Counted from the first letter of the stretch, positions 1 to 10,355 are shown. The stretch: DNA of 64,000 nt from Candidatus Eiseniibacteriota bacterium (GCA_963823555.1 CAWGMA010000004.1:32001-96000), one strand, 5' to 3'. Made by a program: numbers and translations. Notes: generated from the sequence alone by a model not told the origin.

Positions 1-1842
1 CCGCGCGGATCCCGTCCATACCTCATTCCCTTGCAGCGCGACGCGGTATCGCCGTTCGCCGATGCCACGCGCACACCGCGCGCACCCGGAGCGCCGGGGG
101 GCTCGCTCGCAGAATCGGCCAAGGCAAGCGGGGGCGCCCGCGCCGCCGATGAGACGCCGGCGGTCACGGTCCGGATCGACTTCGATGGCATCGCCGACCG
201 CGTGGTCGCCTTCCCGGTACCCGAAGGGCGCTACGGGCGCATTCTCGGAGCCCGCGGCCGGGCGCTCTTCGTTTCGTATCCGATCGAGGGCAGCCTCGAC
301 AACACGTGGGTCGGTGCCGGCGAACCCAAGGCGCACGGTACCCTGAGCGCCTATGACTTCGCTCAGGACAAGACCGAGACCGTCTCCGAGCAGATCACGG
401 ACTTCCAGCTCTCGACGGATGCGAAGGTGCTGGCGATCCGCGCCGGCTACCGGGTGCGCGTTGTCCCCGCCGCCTGGAAGGCGGAGGGACGCAGCGGCGA
501 CTCGAGCCCCGGCCGCGAGAGCGGCTGGCTCGATCTCGAGCGGCTCCGGGTTTCGGTGGTGCCGGCCGATGAATGGCAGCAGATGTTTCGCGAGGCCTGG
601 CGTCTACAACGGGATCAGTTCTGGACCTCGGACATGTCGGGCGTGGACTGGGTCGGGATCTACGAGCGCTACGGCCCGCTCGCCGAGCGGGTGGCCAGCC
701 GCGCCGAGTTCTCCGATCTCCTGTGGGAGATGCAGGGCGAGCTCGGCACTTCGCATTGCTACGAGCTCGGCGGCGATTACCGGCCGGAGCCCGCCTGGTT
801 CCAGGGCCACCTCGGGGCCGACCTGGTCCTCGATCGACGGACCGGGGCCTGGCGCATCGCGGGTATCCCGCGCGGCGATTCCTGGAGCGAGCGGTGCGCC
901 TCTCCGCTCGCGGCGCCCGGCCTCAATATTCGCGAGGGAGATGAAATTGTTGCGGTCGGCGGCCAGCCGGTCGATCCCCAGGTCTCGCCCTACGAGCGCC
1001 TGGTGCATTGTGCCGGGCAGCATGTCGAGCTCACCCTCCGTTCTGGAGGCGGTCGGGGTGGGCGCGGGCGGTCCGCGACCCGCACGCTCACCGTCAAGAC
1101 GCTGAGCGGAGAGACGGCGCTCCGCTACCGGGCCTGGGTCGAGGCCAACCGCGCCCGCGTGCATGCGGCGACCGGAGGGCGCGTCGGTTACCTGCATGTG
1201 CCCGACATGGGACCGCATGGCTATGCCGAGTTCCACCGCGCGTTCCTCGCCGAGGTGTATCGCGATGGGCTGGTGGTCGACGTGCGCTGGAACGGCGGCG
1301 GTCATGTCTCGCAGCTGCTCCTCGAGAAGTTGCTGCGGCGCCGCGTGGGCTACGATGCCAACCGCTGGGGACAGCCCTTCCCCTATCCGATGGACTCGCC
1401 GGCCGGCCCGATCGTGGCGTTGACCAACGAGTATGCCGGGTCCGATGGCGACATCTTCAGCCATTGCTTCAAGCTCTACGGGCTGGGGCCCCTGATCGGC
1501 AAGCGCACCTGGGGTGGGGTCGTCGGGATCTGGCCGCGCCACACGCTGGTTGATGGCTCGGTGACGACGCAGCCCGAGTTCGCCTTCTGGTTCGAGGATG
1601 TGGGCTGGGGCGTGGAAAACTACGGCACAGAGCCGGATATCGAGGTCGACATCCGGCCCCAGGATCATGCCGCCGGGGAGGATCCGCAGCTCGAGCGCGG
1701 CATCGTCGAGATCGCGCGGCTCATCCGCCGGAAGCCGCCCAAGCTGCCGACGTTCGGGAACCGGCCGCGCAAGCGTCCAGGACGGCTGGGACCGCCGGCG
1801 GTGCCGGAGTCGGCGCCGGGACGCGGCCGCCGTCGCGTCTAG
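1..1842 (+). CDS. Tricorn-like S41 peptidase, C-terminal part (5' truncated by window)
   Basis: PDZ-like segment, GYLHVPDM, DVRWNGGG, catalytic AGSDGD, GKRTWGG, VENYGTEPDIEV. Confidence 0.93.
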   Translation, partial: PRGSRPYLIPLQRDAVSPFADATRTPRAPGAPGGSLAESAKASGGARAADETPAVTVRIDFDGIADRVVAFPVPEGRYGRILGARGRALFVSYPIEGSLDNTWVGAGEPKAHGTLSAYDFAQDKTETVSEQITDFQLSTDAKVLAIRAGYRVRVVPAAWKAEGRSGDSSPGRESGWLDLERLRVSVVPADEWQQMFREAWRLQRDQFWTSDMSGVDWVGIYERYGPLAERVASRAEFSDLLWEMQGELGTSHCYELGGDYRPEPAWFQGHLGADLVLDRRTGAWRIAGIPRGDSWSERCASPLAAPGLNIREGDEIVAVGGQPVDPQVSPYERLVHCAGQHVELTLRSGGGRGGRGRSATRTLTVKTLSGETALRYRAWVEANRARVHAATGGRVGYLHVPDMGPHGYAEFHRAFLAEVYRDGLVVDVRWNGGGHVSQLLLEKLLRRRVGYDANRWGQPFPYPMDSPAGPIVALTNEYAGSDGDIFSHCFKLYGLGPLIGKRTWGGVVGIWPRHTLVDGSVTTQPEFAFWFEDVGWGVENYGTEPDIEVDIRPQDHAAGEDPQLERGIVEIARLIRRKPPKLPTFGNRPRKRPGRLGPPAVPESAPGRGRRRV

Positions 1843-1848
1843 CGCGGC

Positions 1849-3255
1849 ATGAAGATGCGCGCATGGTGGCGCCTGCCAGCCCGGCTCTGCGCCGTCATGG
1901 TCCTGGCGACCGGCTCGTCCAGTATCGCGGAGCTGTCTCCCGATCCGGGGCGAGCCGCGGCTCGCCCGGTCAAGAACGTCATTCTCTTCATCGGAGATGG
2001 CCTCGGGATCACGACTGTCACGGCGGCTCGCATCCTGAGGGGCCAGCTCGAGGGAGCCGTACCGCCCGAGTCCGCCCAGCTCGCCACGGACACATTCCCG
2101 GCCGCCGCGTTCCTCCATACCTACTCCGCCGACGCGCAGGTCACCGACTCCGCGGCGGCCATGACCGCGATGATGTGCGGCGAGAAGACCGCGAACGGAC
2201 ATCTCGCGGTGAGCGCCGGGAACGACTCGGTCCCGGGCCGCTCGTTGCCGACCTTCCTCGAGCTCGCCGAGGCGACGGGCCGGGCCACGGGAGTCGTCAC
2301 GACGACGCGGGTCACGCACGCCACGCCCGCTGCCTGCTTCGCCCATGTGGACGATCGCGGCAGCGAGCACGAGATCGCCGCCGCTCTCCTCGAGAACCCG
2401 GCGCTCGGCGACGGCATCGAGGTCGTTCTCGGCGGCGGCTGGCGCCATTTTCTCCCCGAGCTCGACCCGGCGGGTGCTGCGTTCCGTGGTCCGGAGGGTC
2501 AACCGGGAAGCCGGCCGGATGGCCGCGATCTCGTCGCCGAGCTCGCCGCCCGCGGCATGGCCGTGGCGTACGATTCAGCGGGGCTGGCGGCCATCGATCC
2601 CGCGAGCACGCCGCGTCTTCTCGGGCTCTTCGCCGCGAGCCACATGGCCTATGAACTGGACCGCCCCCAGGTTCGCAGTCAAGAGCCCGCGCTCGCCGAC
2701 ATGGCGGTGAAGGCGGTCGAGATCCTGTCCCGGGATCCGGATGGCTTCTTTCTCATGGTCGAGGGGGGGCGCATCGACCATGCGCTCCACGCCACCCAGG
2801 CCCGGCGGGCGCTCCACGAAACCCTGGCCTTCGACGCTGCACTGCGAGCCGTCATCGAGCGCGTGGATATCGACTCGACCCTCATCCTCGTCACCGGCGA
2901 CCACGATCACACGCTCACGATCGCCAGCGGAGGCCCGCTCGGCAGCGACATCCTGGGATTGGCCGATGACACGGACGCCGATGGCGTCCCTTACACCACG
3001 CTCCTCTTCGGGACCGGACCGGGCCGGCGGGACTCCTCCCGCACAGCACCCTCGGCCGCCGAGATCGCGGATCCCGACTACCGGTACGAATCGGCGATCC
3101 GGACCGGATCCGGCCAGCACGGGGCGACCGATCTCCCGCTCTACGGGCTCGGTCCCGAAGCGCATCTGGGCGCCGTGCGCGGCAGCCGCGACAACACGGC
3201 GGTCTTCTCCATCATGTGCCGGGCGGCGGGCATCGCCCAGCCAGGAGGTCTCTGA
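1849..3255 (+). CDS. phoA: Alkaline phosphatase (signal peptide)
   Basis: KNVILFIGDG, VTDSAAA, HATPA, FFLMVEGGRIDHALH, VTGDHDH. Confidence 0.92.
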   Translation: MKMRAWWRLPARLCAVMVLATGSSSIAELSPDPGRAAARPVKNVILFIGDGLGITTVTAARILRGQLEGAVPPESAQLATDTFPAAAFLHTYSADAQVTDSAAAMTAMMCGEKTANGHLAVSAGNDSVPGRSLPTFLELAEATGRATGVVTTTRVTHATPAACFAHVDDRGSEHEIAAALLENPALGDGIEVVLGGGWRHFLPELDPAGAAFRGPEGQPGSRPDGRDLVAELAARGMAVAYDSAGLAAIDPASTPRLLGLFAASHMAYELDRPQVRSQEPALADMAVKAVEILSRDPDGFFLMVEGGRIDHALHATQARRALHETLAFDAALRAVIERVDIDSTLILVTGDHDHTLTIASGGPLGSDILGLADDTDADGVPYTTLLFGTGPGRRDSSRTAPSAAEIADPDYRYESAIRTGSGQHGATDLPLYGLGPEAHLGAVRGSRDNTAVFSIMCRAAGIAQPGGL

Positions 3256-3962
3256 TGAACTGCGACCTGACGGGGAAAACGGCGCTGGTGACCGGCGGCA
3301 GCCGGGGCATCGGGGTGCATATCGCCCGCGCGCTCGACGCGGCCGGGGCCATGGTGGGAATCACGGGCCGGCGCGCCGAAACCCTCGCGGCAGCGGCTGA
3401 AGCCATCAGCCCGCGCGTGAAGACGTATGTCTGCGATCAGCGCGACCCGGTCGCGATCCGGAAGCTGGCGCAGGACTTCACCACTGATCTCGGTGCCCCG
3501 GACATCCTGGTCAACAACGCCGCGGCGGTGAAGCTCGGGACCCGTGTCGCCGATCTGCCACTGGATGTCTGGAACAAGATGATCGAGACCAACTTGACCG
3601 GGGTCTTCCTCACCACCCAGGCTTTCCTCCCCGGCATGATCGCCCGCGAACGCGGCGACCTCTTCATGATCAGCTCGATGTCCGGCAAGAAGGGGGACCC
3701 CGGTTCCGCTGCCTACGCCACGACCAAGTTCGGATTGCAGGGGTTCTCGCAGGCGCTGATGTACGAAGTACGGCAGCACAACATCCGGGTGATGGTGCTC
3801 AATCCGAGCAGCGTGGATGTCGGCGCCGACAGCGGTCCCCGGCATGGCAAGGGTCTCTTCCTTCACGCCGCCGACCTCGCCGCGACCATTGTCCACCTGG
3901 CCTGCCTCCCGGGCCGGACGATGATCCGGGACATGGATATCTACGGCACCAATCCCCGGTAG
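3255..3962 (+). CDS. SDR-family NAD(P)-dependent oxidoreductase
   Basis: TGGSRGIG, LVNNAA, YATTK; ATG overlaps upstream TGA. Confidence 0.92.
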   Translation: MNCDLTGKTALVTGGSRGIGVHIARALDAAGAMVGITGRRAETLAAAAEAISPRVKTYVCDQRDPVAIRKLAQDFTTDLGAPDILVNNAAAVKLGTRVADLPLDVWNKMIETNLTGVFLTTQAFLPGMIARERGDLFMISSMSGKKGDPGSAAYATTKFGLQGFSQALMYEVRQHNIRVMVLNPSSVDVGADSGPRHGKGLFLHAADLAATIVHLACLPGRTMIRDMDIYGTNPR

Positions 3963-4004
3963 ACCGTGCCGGGGCGCATCGCGGCAGACCGGGCTGATGG
4001 TCGC

Positions 4005-5735
4005 CTAGGGGTGGCTGAATTCGAGATCGATCTGGTGGACCCAGAGGCCGCGTGTGGATTGGCTTCGTGTCCTGAGCTTCTCGAGTATCGCCACGAGATG
4101 GCCGGTCTCGAGCCCGGTCGGGCCCCCGTCCAGGTTCCCAGTCTGGAGTGAACCTGAGAGCATCGCCCGCCCGGCACCTTCCATGTTTCTCGCGTTCGCA
4201 GCCAGTTCGGGGTCGGCCTGGTTCTCCGGCTGCGGGAGCTGGCTGATCGTGCCGGCGAAGTCGTCGAGGGGCTTCGGACTCGCCACGATCACCAGGTGTT
4301 CGTGCCGTCCGTCGCCGGTCACGTTCCACGCGAGTTGCATGCCGTCCTGCATTCCCGGCAGTCTGTGCCGCTTGCCTCCGGGAAGCGGATTGCCGAGGTG
4401 CGAACCCTCCATCGGGAAGAGGAGGAGATTCCGTCCCGTATCGTCATGGCTCACCACGTAGACGTAGAGGGGGCGAGAGGCTTCGAGATCGAGCACGAGC
4501 CGGTCGCCGGCCGAGACCGAGGAGTGCTGCGTGAGCGGATCCAGGGTCCCTCCTTGCAGACGATAGAGGTTGGCATGGATGTCGTAGCGCATGAAGGGGG
4601 CGCGGAGGAACCACACGAAGATGAAGGCCAGCGCCGCCGCCGCCAGTAGCTTCGACCATGCCGGCACTCGGAGCTTCCCGACCCCGGCCAGGGCCAGAGC
4701 ATGCTCGAACTCGCCCGCGCTGGAGTATCTCCGGTGCGGGTCGGGATCGATGGCCCGATCGATGGCGCGAACGAGAGGAGGAGGAAGATCAGGGCGGACA
4801 TCACCGAGCCATCGTCGCTTCCCCTCGGCGTGGGCCTGGCGCACATCGAGCCAGCTGCGGCCCGTGATGGGAAAGGTCCCGGTCAGAAGCCGGAACAGGA
4901 CGACACCGAGACTGTAGATGTCGCTCTGGACCGTAGCGGGTTCGCCACGCATGACCTCCGGTGCCATGTAGAGCGGTGTTCCCGCCCCTTCCCGGTCCGA
5001 GTCGGCGCGGCACTCGGGATCGCATCCCATTCCGAGATCGAGGAGCACGAACCGGCCGCCAGTCTCGCGCATGATGTTCCGGGTCTTGATGTCACGGTGC
5101 AGGACGCCGGCATGATGAACGGCGGCAACCGCCTGACATAGGCAGGACCCGACCCCGGTGACCTCTGCGGCGCCGAGCGGTCCGCGCGCGTCGAGCATCT
5201 GATCCAGGTTCTGGCCACGGATGAGCTCCATCCACAGGCCGACCCGGCCCTCGTGTTCACCCGCGCCATGAATCCTCGCCACATTGGGGTGCTGGACCCG
5301 GGCCAGGAGCTGGGCCTCGTGGATCGCTTCCTGATCGTGCGTCCTGCGCTCCGATCCCCGCGGGTGCAGCAGCTTGAGCGCGACTTCATGGTCTAGCTCG
5401 CGGTCCCTGGCCCGATACACCTCGCTGCACGGACCCGCACTGATCCTCTCGATGATCTCCAGATGTCCCCAGCGGAAGAGCGGGACCCCGGTCTCACGAT
5501 TCTTCTCGTTGTCGGCGGCCGGCTTCTCCCCTGTCTCGCCCGCGGCCGCCGGCGCGACGTTCGCGGACTCCCGGTGTGCCGCGGCCACGCGGGCCAGCGC
5601 GCGCAGGTTGGTGACCAGGGGCTGATCCCCGGTCCCCGTCGATTCAGCGGCCGAACCCCAGTCGATCTCATCACCGTCAGCGACGGCCCGGGCCAGGGCC
5701 AGGAGTGGGTTCGGTGGTTTGCTCTCAGAGGTCAT
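4005..5735 (-). CDS. Membrane Ser/Thr protein kinase with C-terminal extracytoplasmic (DUF4384-like) domain
   Basis: VALK, HRDIKTRN, DLG, GTPLYMAPE, SDIYSLG; hydrophobic segment, then LYVYVV..LLFP. Confidence 0.88.
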   Translation of the reverse strand: MTSESKPPNPLLALARAVADGDEIDWGSAAESTGTGDQPLVTNLRALARVAAAHRESANVAPAAAGETGEKPAADNEKNRETGVPLFRWGHLEIIERISAGPCSEVYRARDRELDHEVALKLLHPRGSERRTHDQEAIHEAQLLARVQHPNVARIHGAGEHEGRVGLWMELIRGQNLDQMLDARGPLGAAEVTGVGSCLCQAVAAVHHAGVLHRDIKTRNIMRETGGRFVLLDLGMGCDPECRADSDREGAGTPLYMAPEVMRGEPATVQSDIYSLGVVLFRLLTGTFPITGRSWLDVRQAHAEGKRRWLGDVRPDLPPPLVRAIDRAIDPDPHRRYSSAGEFEHALALAGVGKLRVPAWSKLLAAAALAFIFVWFLRAPFMRYDIHANLYRLQGGTLDPLTQHSSVSAGDRLVLDLEASRPLYVYVVSHDDTGRNLLLFPMEGSHLGNPLPGGKRHRLPGMQDGMQLAWNVTGDGRHEHLVIVASPKPLDDFAGTISQLPQPENQADPELAANARNMEGAGRAMLSGSLQTGNLDGGPTGLETGHLVAILEKLRTRSQSTRGLWVHQIDLEFSHP

Positions 5736-6342
5736 CGCGCATCTCCTGGGCGAGCCGGAGCAACGCCCGGCTCACCGCCATCCGAGCGGCATCGGCCGTG
5801 GGCTTGTGCATCGCATCGGCGATCTCACTGTAGCTGCACCCGAACTCGAGGCGCAGGATCACCGCCTGCTGATCTTCCGGTCTCAGGCGATCGAGCGCGG
5901 CTTCATAGTGGTCGGCCAGGTCATGCCCGATCGCGATGTCGATGGGGGAGGGAGCGGGGTCGGAGCAGTCGCATTCGAGCTCGGAAACCGGGGACCGCCG
6001 TCGCGCTGCGTCCCGGATCAGGTTGAACAGGGTCTTGCGAGCGTAGGCCTGGAAGGCGCCCTCGTGCTCGGGAGCGAAGTCTTCGACGTGCCTGACGACC
6101 CGGATCAAGGCCTCCTGCACGATGTCGCCGGTATCGAGGAGGTCGCGGGCGGAGGGTGGCAAACGGCCCGAGGCCCAGCGTTCGAGACGGGGGAGGTAGC
6201 GGCGACAGAGGGCGTCGAGCGCGACGCGGTCGCCGGCGCGGGCGCGACCTAGCAGATCCAGCGTGCGATCCGCTGGACTCGGTGCTCCTGGGCGGCCAGA
6301 CCCTCGTTCCTGATCCGCCGCCGGCGGTGGCGTTGGGACCAC
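5725..6342 (-). CDS. ECF sigma-70 factor, overlapping the kinase gene
   Basis: RARAGD..ALDAL, DIVQEA, NLIRD, LRLEFGCSYSEIA, AARMAVSRAL. Confidence 0.9.
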   Translation of the reverse strand: MVPTPPPAADQERGSGRPGAPSPADRTLDLLGRARAGDRVALDALCRRYLPRLERWASGRLPPSARDLLDTGDIVQEALIRVVRHVEDFAPEHEGAFQAYARKTLFNLIRDAARRRSPVSELECDCSDPAPSPIDIAIGHDLADHYEAALDRLRPEDQQAVILRLEFGCSYSEIADAMHKPTADAARMAVSRALLRLAQEMRDDL

Positions 6343-6397
6343 GGAAACCTCGAGGACGGGAGAGAGCGAGTCACACCTATTCTAACTCTGGTTTCGG

Positions 6398-6606
6398 GTT
6401 GAAATCCAGCTGGACCGGGTCCCAGGGCCGGGGCGCTACCGCCCGCCTCTTGGCAGTGCCTCGGACCCTGGCGCCCTGCCTACCGGAGTCCTTGCGGGTG
6501 GCTACCTTTCTGGCGGCTGCCCGACTGCTCGACGGTGGCCTGGGATGCTCCTGGGCGCGCCTCCTGGTCCTGTTCCCTGCCGGCGAACCCGGTCCACTAT
6601 TTCAAC
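6398..6606. other. Intergenic element with imperfect terminal inverted repeats and rod-like internal pairing (candidate ncRNA or MITE)
   Basis: GTTGAAAT..AG.TGGACCGGGT (6398-6420) pairs with ACCCGGTCCA-CT-ATTTCAAC (6587-6606); further nested pairings inside. Confidence 0.45.
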
Positions 6607-6672
6607 GCGGTCCGCACAGAAACCGAACGGCCGGATTCGTCGAGCCCAGAAGGCAGAGCCGGGAGGGGGGAA

Positions 6673-7665
6673 TCAGTACCCGTAGTCGACGGGGTGGGCG
6701 AAGGCATGTTCCCGCACCTTGAGCCGCTCGAGCCGCTCGGCGCCGAGCCGCTCGATGTAGGCCCTGCGGTCGGCCACGCCGGTCACCGTCTGGTAGAGCC
6801 AGTCGTCGAAGCCCTCCGGTGTGCGTGAGAGCTGCTCGTACTCCGAATAGACGTCGTGGTCGCGGCTGCTGAAACCCTGCACCGGCGAGGGGTGGGATCC
6901 CCATGGCTCGTGCACGACGGCGCTGACCAGGAATCCAGGGAAGATCACCCGGTTCGGATCCGAGAGAATGACTTCTTCCGGAACGATCTCCTCGGCAACG
7001 ACAATGACCGCCCGGGCGGCATGCGCGGCTTCGATACTCACGCCAAAGCTGCCCCAGTTGTGGGTGTTGCCGTAGATATCGCTGCGCTGGACGGGGAGAA
7101 TCGAGACATCGGGGCGAATCGCCTCGACCGCGACGAGCTTGTTCCCGCCGAAGGGGGGGGAGTAGGGAGCGAGCCCGGCGTTGTGACCGAGGAGGGCCGT
7201 ACCCAGGGTGGAGCGCGTGGGCAGATAGGGGACACCCAGCGCCCCGGCCGTGAGCGCCAGCGACATCGTCAGGTTCGAGTAGTCGACCACCTCGACAGCG
7301 CGCGGGATCCGATGCTCGAGCGCCCGCCGGAAGCAGCGTGCCGACCCCATCATCACGTTCCCGATCCACGCGGCCCGCACGCGAGCCACCACCCCGGCGC
7401 CGATCATCTGATCGAAGAGGATGTCCGAGATCGGGCCGATGAGCTCGAGGTCGCTGCGCTGCTGGCGGATGATCTCGTGCGCCGCGGCGAATGGGATCTT
7501 CTGCTCCATGAAGGTGCCGAGGGCGACCGAGGCGCCGTCGGGCACGAAGCGCGCAATGGCCTCGGCCATGGAGACGAGCTTCGAGGGCCGCTCCTCATCG
7601 CCGGTCGAGAGCAGTGGTTCAACGGGCAGCGAGCTTGGGCTGAAGAAGAGGGAGAACGGAGTCAT
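6673..7665 (-). CDS. CoA-transferase subunit A (glutaconate CoA-transferase alpha-like)
   Basis: KLVSMAEAIARFVPDG, AGALGVPYLP, D.YGN, VIVVAEEIV, AVVHEPWGSHPS. Confidence 0.88.
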   Translation of the reverse strand: MTPFSLFFSPSSLPVEPLLSTGDEERPSKLVSMAEAIARFVPDGASVALGTFMEQKIPFAAAHEIIRQQRSDLELIGPISDILFDQMIGAGVVARVRAAWIGNVMMGSARCFRRALEHRIPRAVEVVDYSNLTMSLALTAGALGVPYLPTRSTLGTALLGHNAGLAPYSPPFGGNKLVAVEAIRPDVSILPVQRSDIYGNTHNWGSFGVSIEAAHAARAVIVVAEEIVPEEVILSDPNRVIFPGFLVSAVVHEPWGSHPSPVQGFSSRDHDVYSEYEQLSRTPEGFDDWLYQTVTGVADRRAYIERLGAERLERLKVREHAFAHPVDYGY

Positions 7666-7910
7666 GCGGGCATTCTAGCCGATTGGAGAGGCGGTTTCAG
7701 GCCTGGCCGGATCCCGCGCGATACCCCGTCATCGAGTCCGATGGAAGCGATGTGTTCTGCCGGGATGTCACCCCTCGAGCTCGGAGCAGGAGAGCTAATC
7801 TCGCCTGGTTGAATGACATCCGATATCGGCCCGGAAGATGCACCTCCTACACCTGGGATCTTCCGAGGCTGATCCTCGATCCGCAGCGCCACCCCCAGTT
7901 CCCGGAGCAG

Positions 7911-9398
7911 ATGACCATGACCACCAAGAAGCTCCTCGTCCCGGTCTGTGCCTTTTGGCTCTTGACGCTCGCCGGCCCCACGCTGACCCCGGCCGCCGCG
8001 GCGCCACGGCCCGATCGCGAAGTGGCGCCGGGCCCCACGACCTATCTCGTGTTCGGACCCGCCGAGCGAATGATGCCGCTCCCATCAGGGGTCGAGGTCC
8101 TCGGCCCGGCCGGCCAGGGCACTCTGGTCCAGGGGCCCGCCGCCCGGGTCGAGATCCTGGCCCAGCGCGGTATGAGCCTCGTCCGTCTGAAGCCGGGTGT
8201 CGACGCCACGGCCCCCCCAGCGCGGCGCTCGATGCCCCCCCTGCCTCCCCGGACCCAGGCCTTCAATCCGCTCGTCGCCGACATCGTGCTCAGAATGTCG
8301 ATCCCCGAAGTGACGGCGACCATCCAGAGGCTTCAGGACTTCGAAACCCGCTACAGCCTCTCCGACAGCTGCCGGGCTGCCGCCATGTACCTCAAGGACC
8401 GCTTCGAGGCCTATGGGTTGCCCACCGTCCTCGACCTCTTCTCGGTCAACGGCCACGTTGCGTACAACGTCATCGCCGAAAAGCAGGGGACCCTGCGGCC
8501 GGAGGAGATCTACATCATCTGCGGACACTATGACTCGATCTCCGGTGATCCCTACGTGGCGGCTCCCGGTGCGGACGACAACGGGAGCGGCACGGCGGCG
8601 GTTGTGGAGGCGGCGCGCGTGCTGGCCAGCACGGACTTCGAGGCGACGATCCGCTTCATCGCCTTTGCCGGTGAAGAGCAGGGGCTCATCGGCAGCGAGG
8701 ACTATGTAACCGGGACCATCGTTCCCAACAACGACGATCTGCGCGCCGTGCTGAACCTCGACATGATCGGGTACGTCCATCCGGATTATCCCGATTGGGA
8801 TGCCAACTGGTATGCGGATCTGGGTGTGTCGCTGGCGCTCGGCGAATACGTGCAGCAGTGCGTGCAGACCTACACCACGTGCACGATGTATCTCACGGTG
8901 ACGCCGGGGCCGCAGTACGGGAGCGATCACTACTGGTTCGCCGCGAACGGCTACCCCGCCGCGTTCGACATCGATGCCCAGCTCTGGGGAGCGCCGGACT
9001 GGAACCCGCACTACCATTCGCCGCAGGATCGGATCGAAACCCTCGATCTCGGCTATGCCACCGAGATGGCGCGCGGAGCCGTGGCGGCGCTCGCCGAGCT
9101 CGCCGTGCCGGCCGAGGGCGCGGCGGTGGCCGAGCCCGGGCCGCTCGCCCTGGCGCCCGCGAGCCCGCTGGCCGCCCCCAACCCATTCCGCAACGGTGTG
9201 GCCTTCGAGGTCGGCAGCGGGCTGGCCCATCTCACGATCGTGGACGTGGCCGGCCGGGTCGTCGCCGAGCTCTCGGGTAGCGATCGCGTGGTCTGGAACG
9301 GGGATGACGCCCGCGGTCGCGCCGTGGCTCCCGGCACCTACTTCTATCGGATCGACGGGGCCGCCGAGACATCGGGGCGCATCGTCCGCGTGCGCTGA
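7911..9398 (+). CDS. Secreted M28 metallopeptidase with C-terminal FlgD-Ig/T9SS-like tail
   Basis: Signal peptide; GHYDS, GADDNGSG, GEEQGL, LNLDMIG, SDH, YHSPQD; tail PNPF..DVAGR..WNG..PGTYFYR. Confidence 0.88.
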   Translation: MTMTTKKLLVPVCAFWLLTLAGPTLTPAAAAPRPDREVAPGPTTYLVFGPAERMMPLPSGVEVLGPAGQGTLVQGPAARVEILAQRGMSLVRLKPGVDATAPPARRSMPPLPPRTQAFNPLVADIVLRMSIPEVTATIQRLQDFETRYSLSDSCRAAAMYLKDRFEAYGLPTVLDLFSVNGHVAYNVIAEKQGTLRPEEIYIICGHYDSISGDPYVAAPGADDNGSGTAAVVEAARVLASTDFEATIRFIAFAGEEQGLIGSEDYVTGTIVPNNDDLRAVLNLDMIGYVHPDYPDWDANWYADLGVSLALGEYVQQCVQTYTTCTMYLTVTPGPQYGSDHYWFAANGYPAAFDIDAQLWGAPDWNPHYHSPQDRIETLDLGYATEMARGAVAALAELAVPAEGAAVAEPGPLALAPASPLAAPNPFRNGVAFEVGSGLAHLTIVDVAGRVVAELSGSDRVVWNGDDARGRAVAPGTYFYRIDGAAETSGRIVRVR

Positions 9399-9497
9399 CC
9401 TGACGGCAACACCCCATCGGGCGCAATTCCGAAAGTCCCGCGGTCGGCTCCGTCGGAGGCTTGACGCATGCCGGGGCCGGGGCGATCCTCCGTCGCC

Positions 9498-10355
9498 ATG
9501 GACCAGGCCCTTCCCGTCACCGACATCCATATCCACGTTCAGCCCTGGGACGAGCTCAGGCCGGAGGCAGCGGCCCGGATGGCGCACGGCCGCGATCTCG
9601 ACCTCGTCCTCGAAGTCATGCGCGATCCTGAGCGGCTGCTGCGGCTGATGGATGACGCCGGCGTCGATCGCGTCGGGCTCATCAACTACGTGAGTCCGGA
9701 GGTGATGGGCTTCACGGCGCGGGTCAATGAGTTCGTCACCGCCTATGCTCGTCACGCCCCGGATCGCCTGATTCCCTTCGGGTCGGTGCATCCCCATTTC
9801 ACTCGTGATCCCGGCGGCGAAGTCGACCGCATCGCCGATCTCGGAGTCCGTGCTCTCAAGATCCACCCTCCGCACCAGCTCCTGGCGCCGAACGCGTATC
9901 GCGACGGGGGCGACTGCTCCGGCCTTGCCGCCGTCTACGAGCGCGCTGTTGCGCGGCGGCTGCCCGTCATGATTCACACCGGGACCTCGGTGTTCCCCGG
10001 TGCGCGCAACAAGTACGCCGACCCGATGGCCATCGACGATGTGGCGGTGGACTATCCGGAACTCCCCATCATCATGGCGCACGGCGGCCGGCCGCTCTAC
10101 ATGGAGACTTGCTTCTTCCTGCTGCGCCGGCATCCGAACGTGTTCATGGATGTATCGGGGATTCCACCACGGAATCTCCTGACCTACTTCCCGCGTCTCG
10201 TCTCGGTGGCGGAGAAGACCCTGTGGGGTACCGACTGGCCCGGGCCCATGGTGCCCGATCTGAAGACCAATCTCTCGACCTTCCGGGCCCTGGGACTGCC
10301 GGCCGAGGTCGAGGCGGCGATCCTCTCCACCACGGCCAGCCGGTTGTTCGGCTGA
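9498..10355 (+). CDS. Amidohydrolase family 2 protein
   Basis: DIHIH, LKIHP, MIHTG, MAHGG, WGTDWP. Confidence 0.9.
   Translation: MDQALPVTDIHIHVQPWDELRPEAAARMAHGRDLDLVLEVMRDPERLLRLMDDAGVDRVGLINYVSPEVMGFTARVNEFVTAYARHAPDRLIPFGSVHPHFTRDPGGEVDRIADLGVRALKIHPPHQLLAPNAYRDGGDCSGLAAVYERAVARRLPVMIHTGTSVFPGARNKYADPMAIDDVAVDYPELPIIMAHGGRPLYMETCFFLLRRHPNVFMDVSGIPPRNLLTYFPRLVSVAEKTLWGTDWPGPMVPDLKTNLSTFRALGLPAEVEAAILSTTASRLFG

Noticed and set aside
6378..6602. Basic minus-strand peptide (..AARKVATRKDSGR..VQLDFNPK)
   Set aside because: No start codon after the upstream stop, and atypical codon use.
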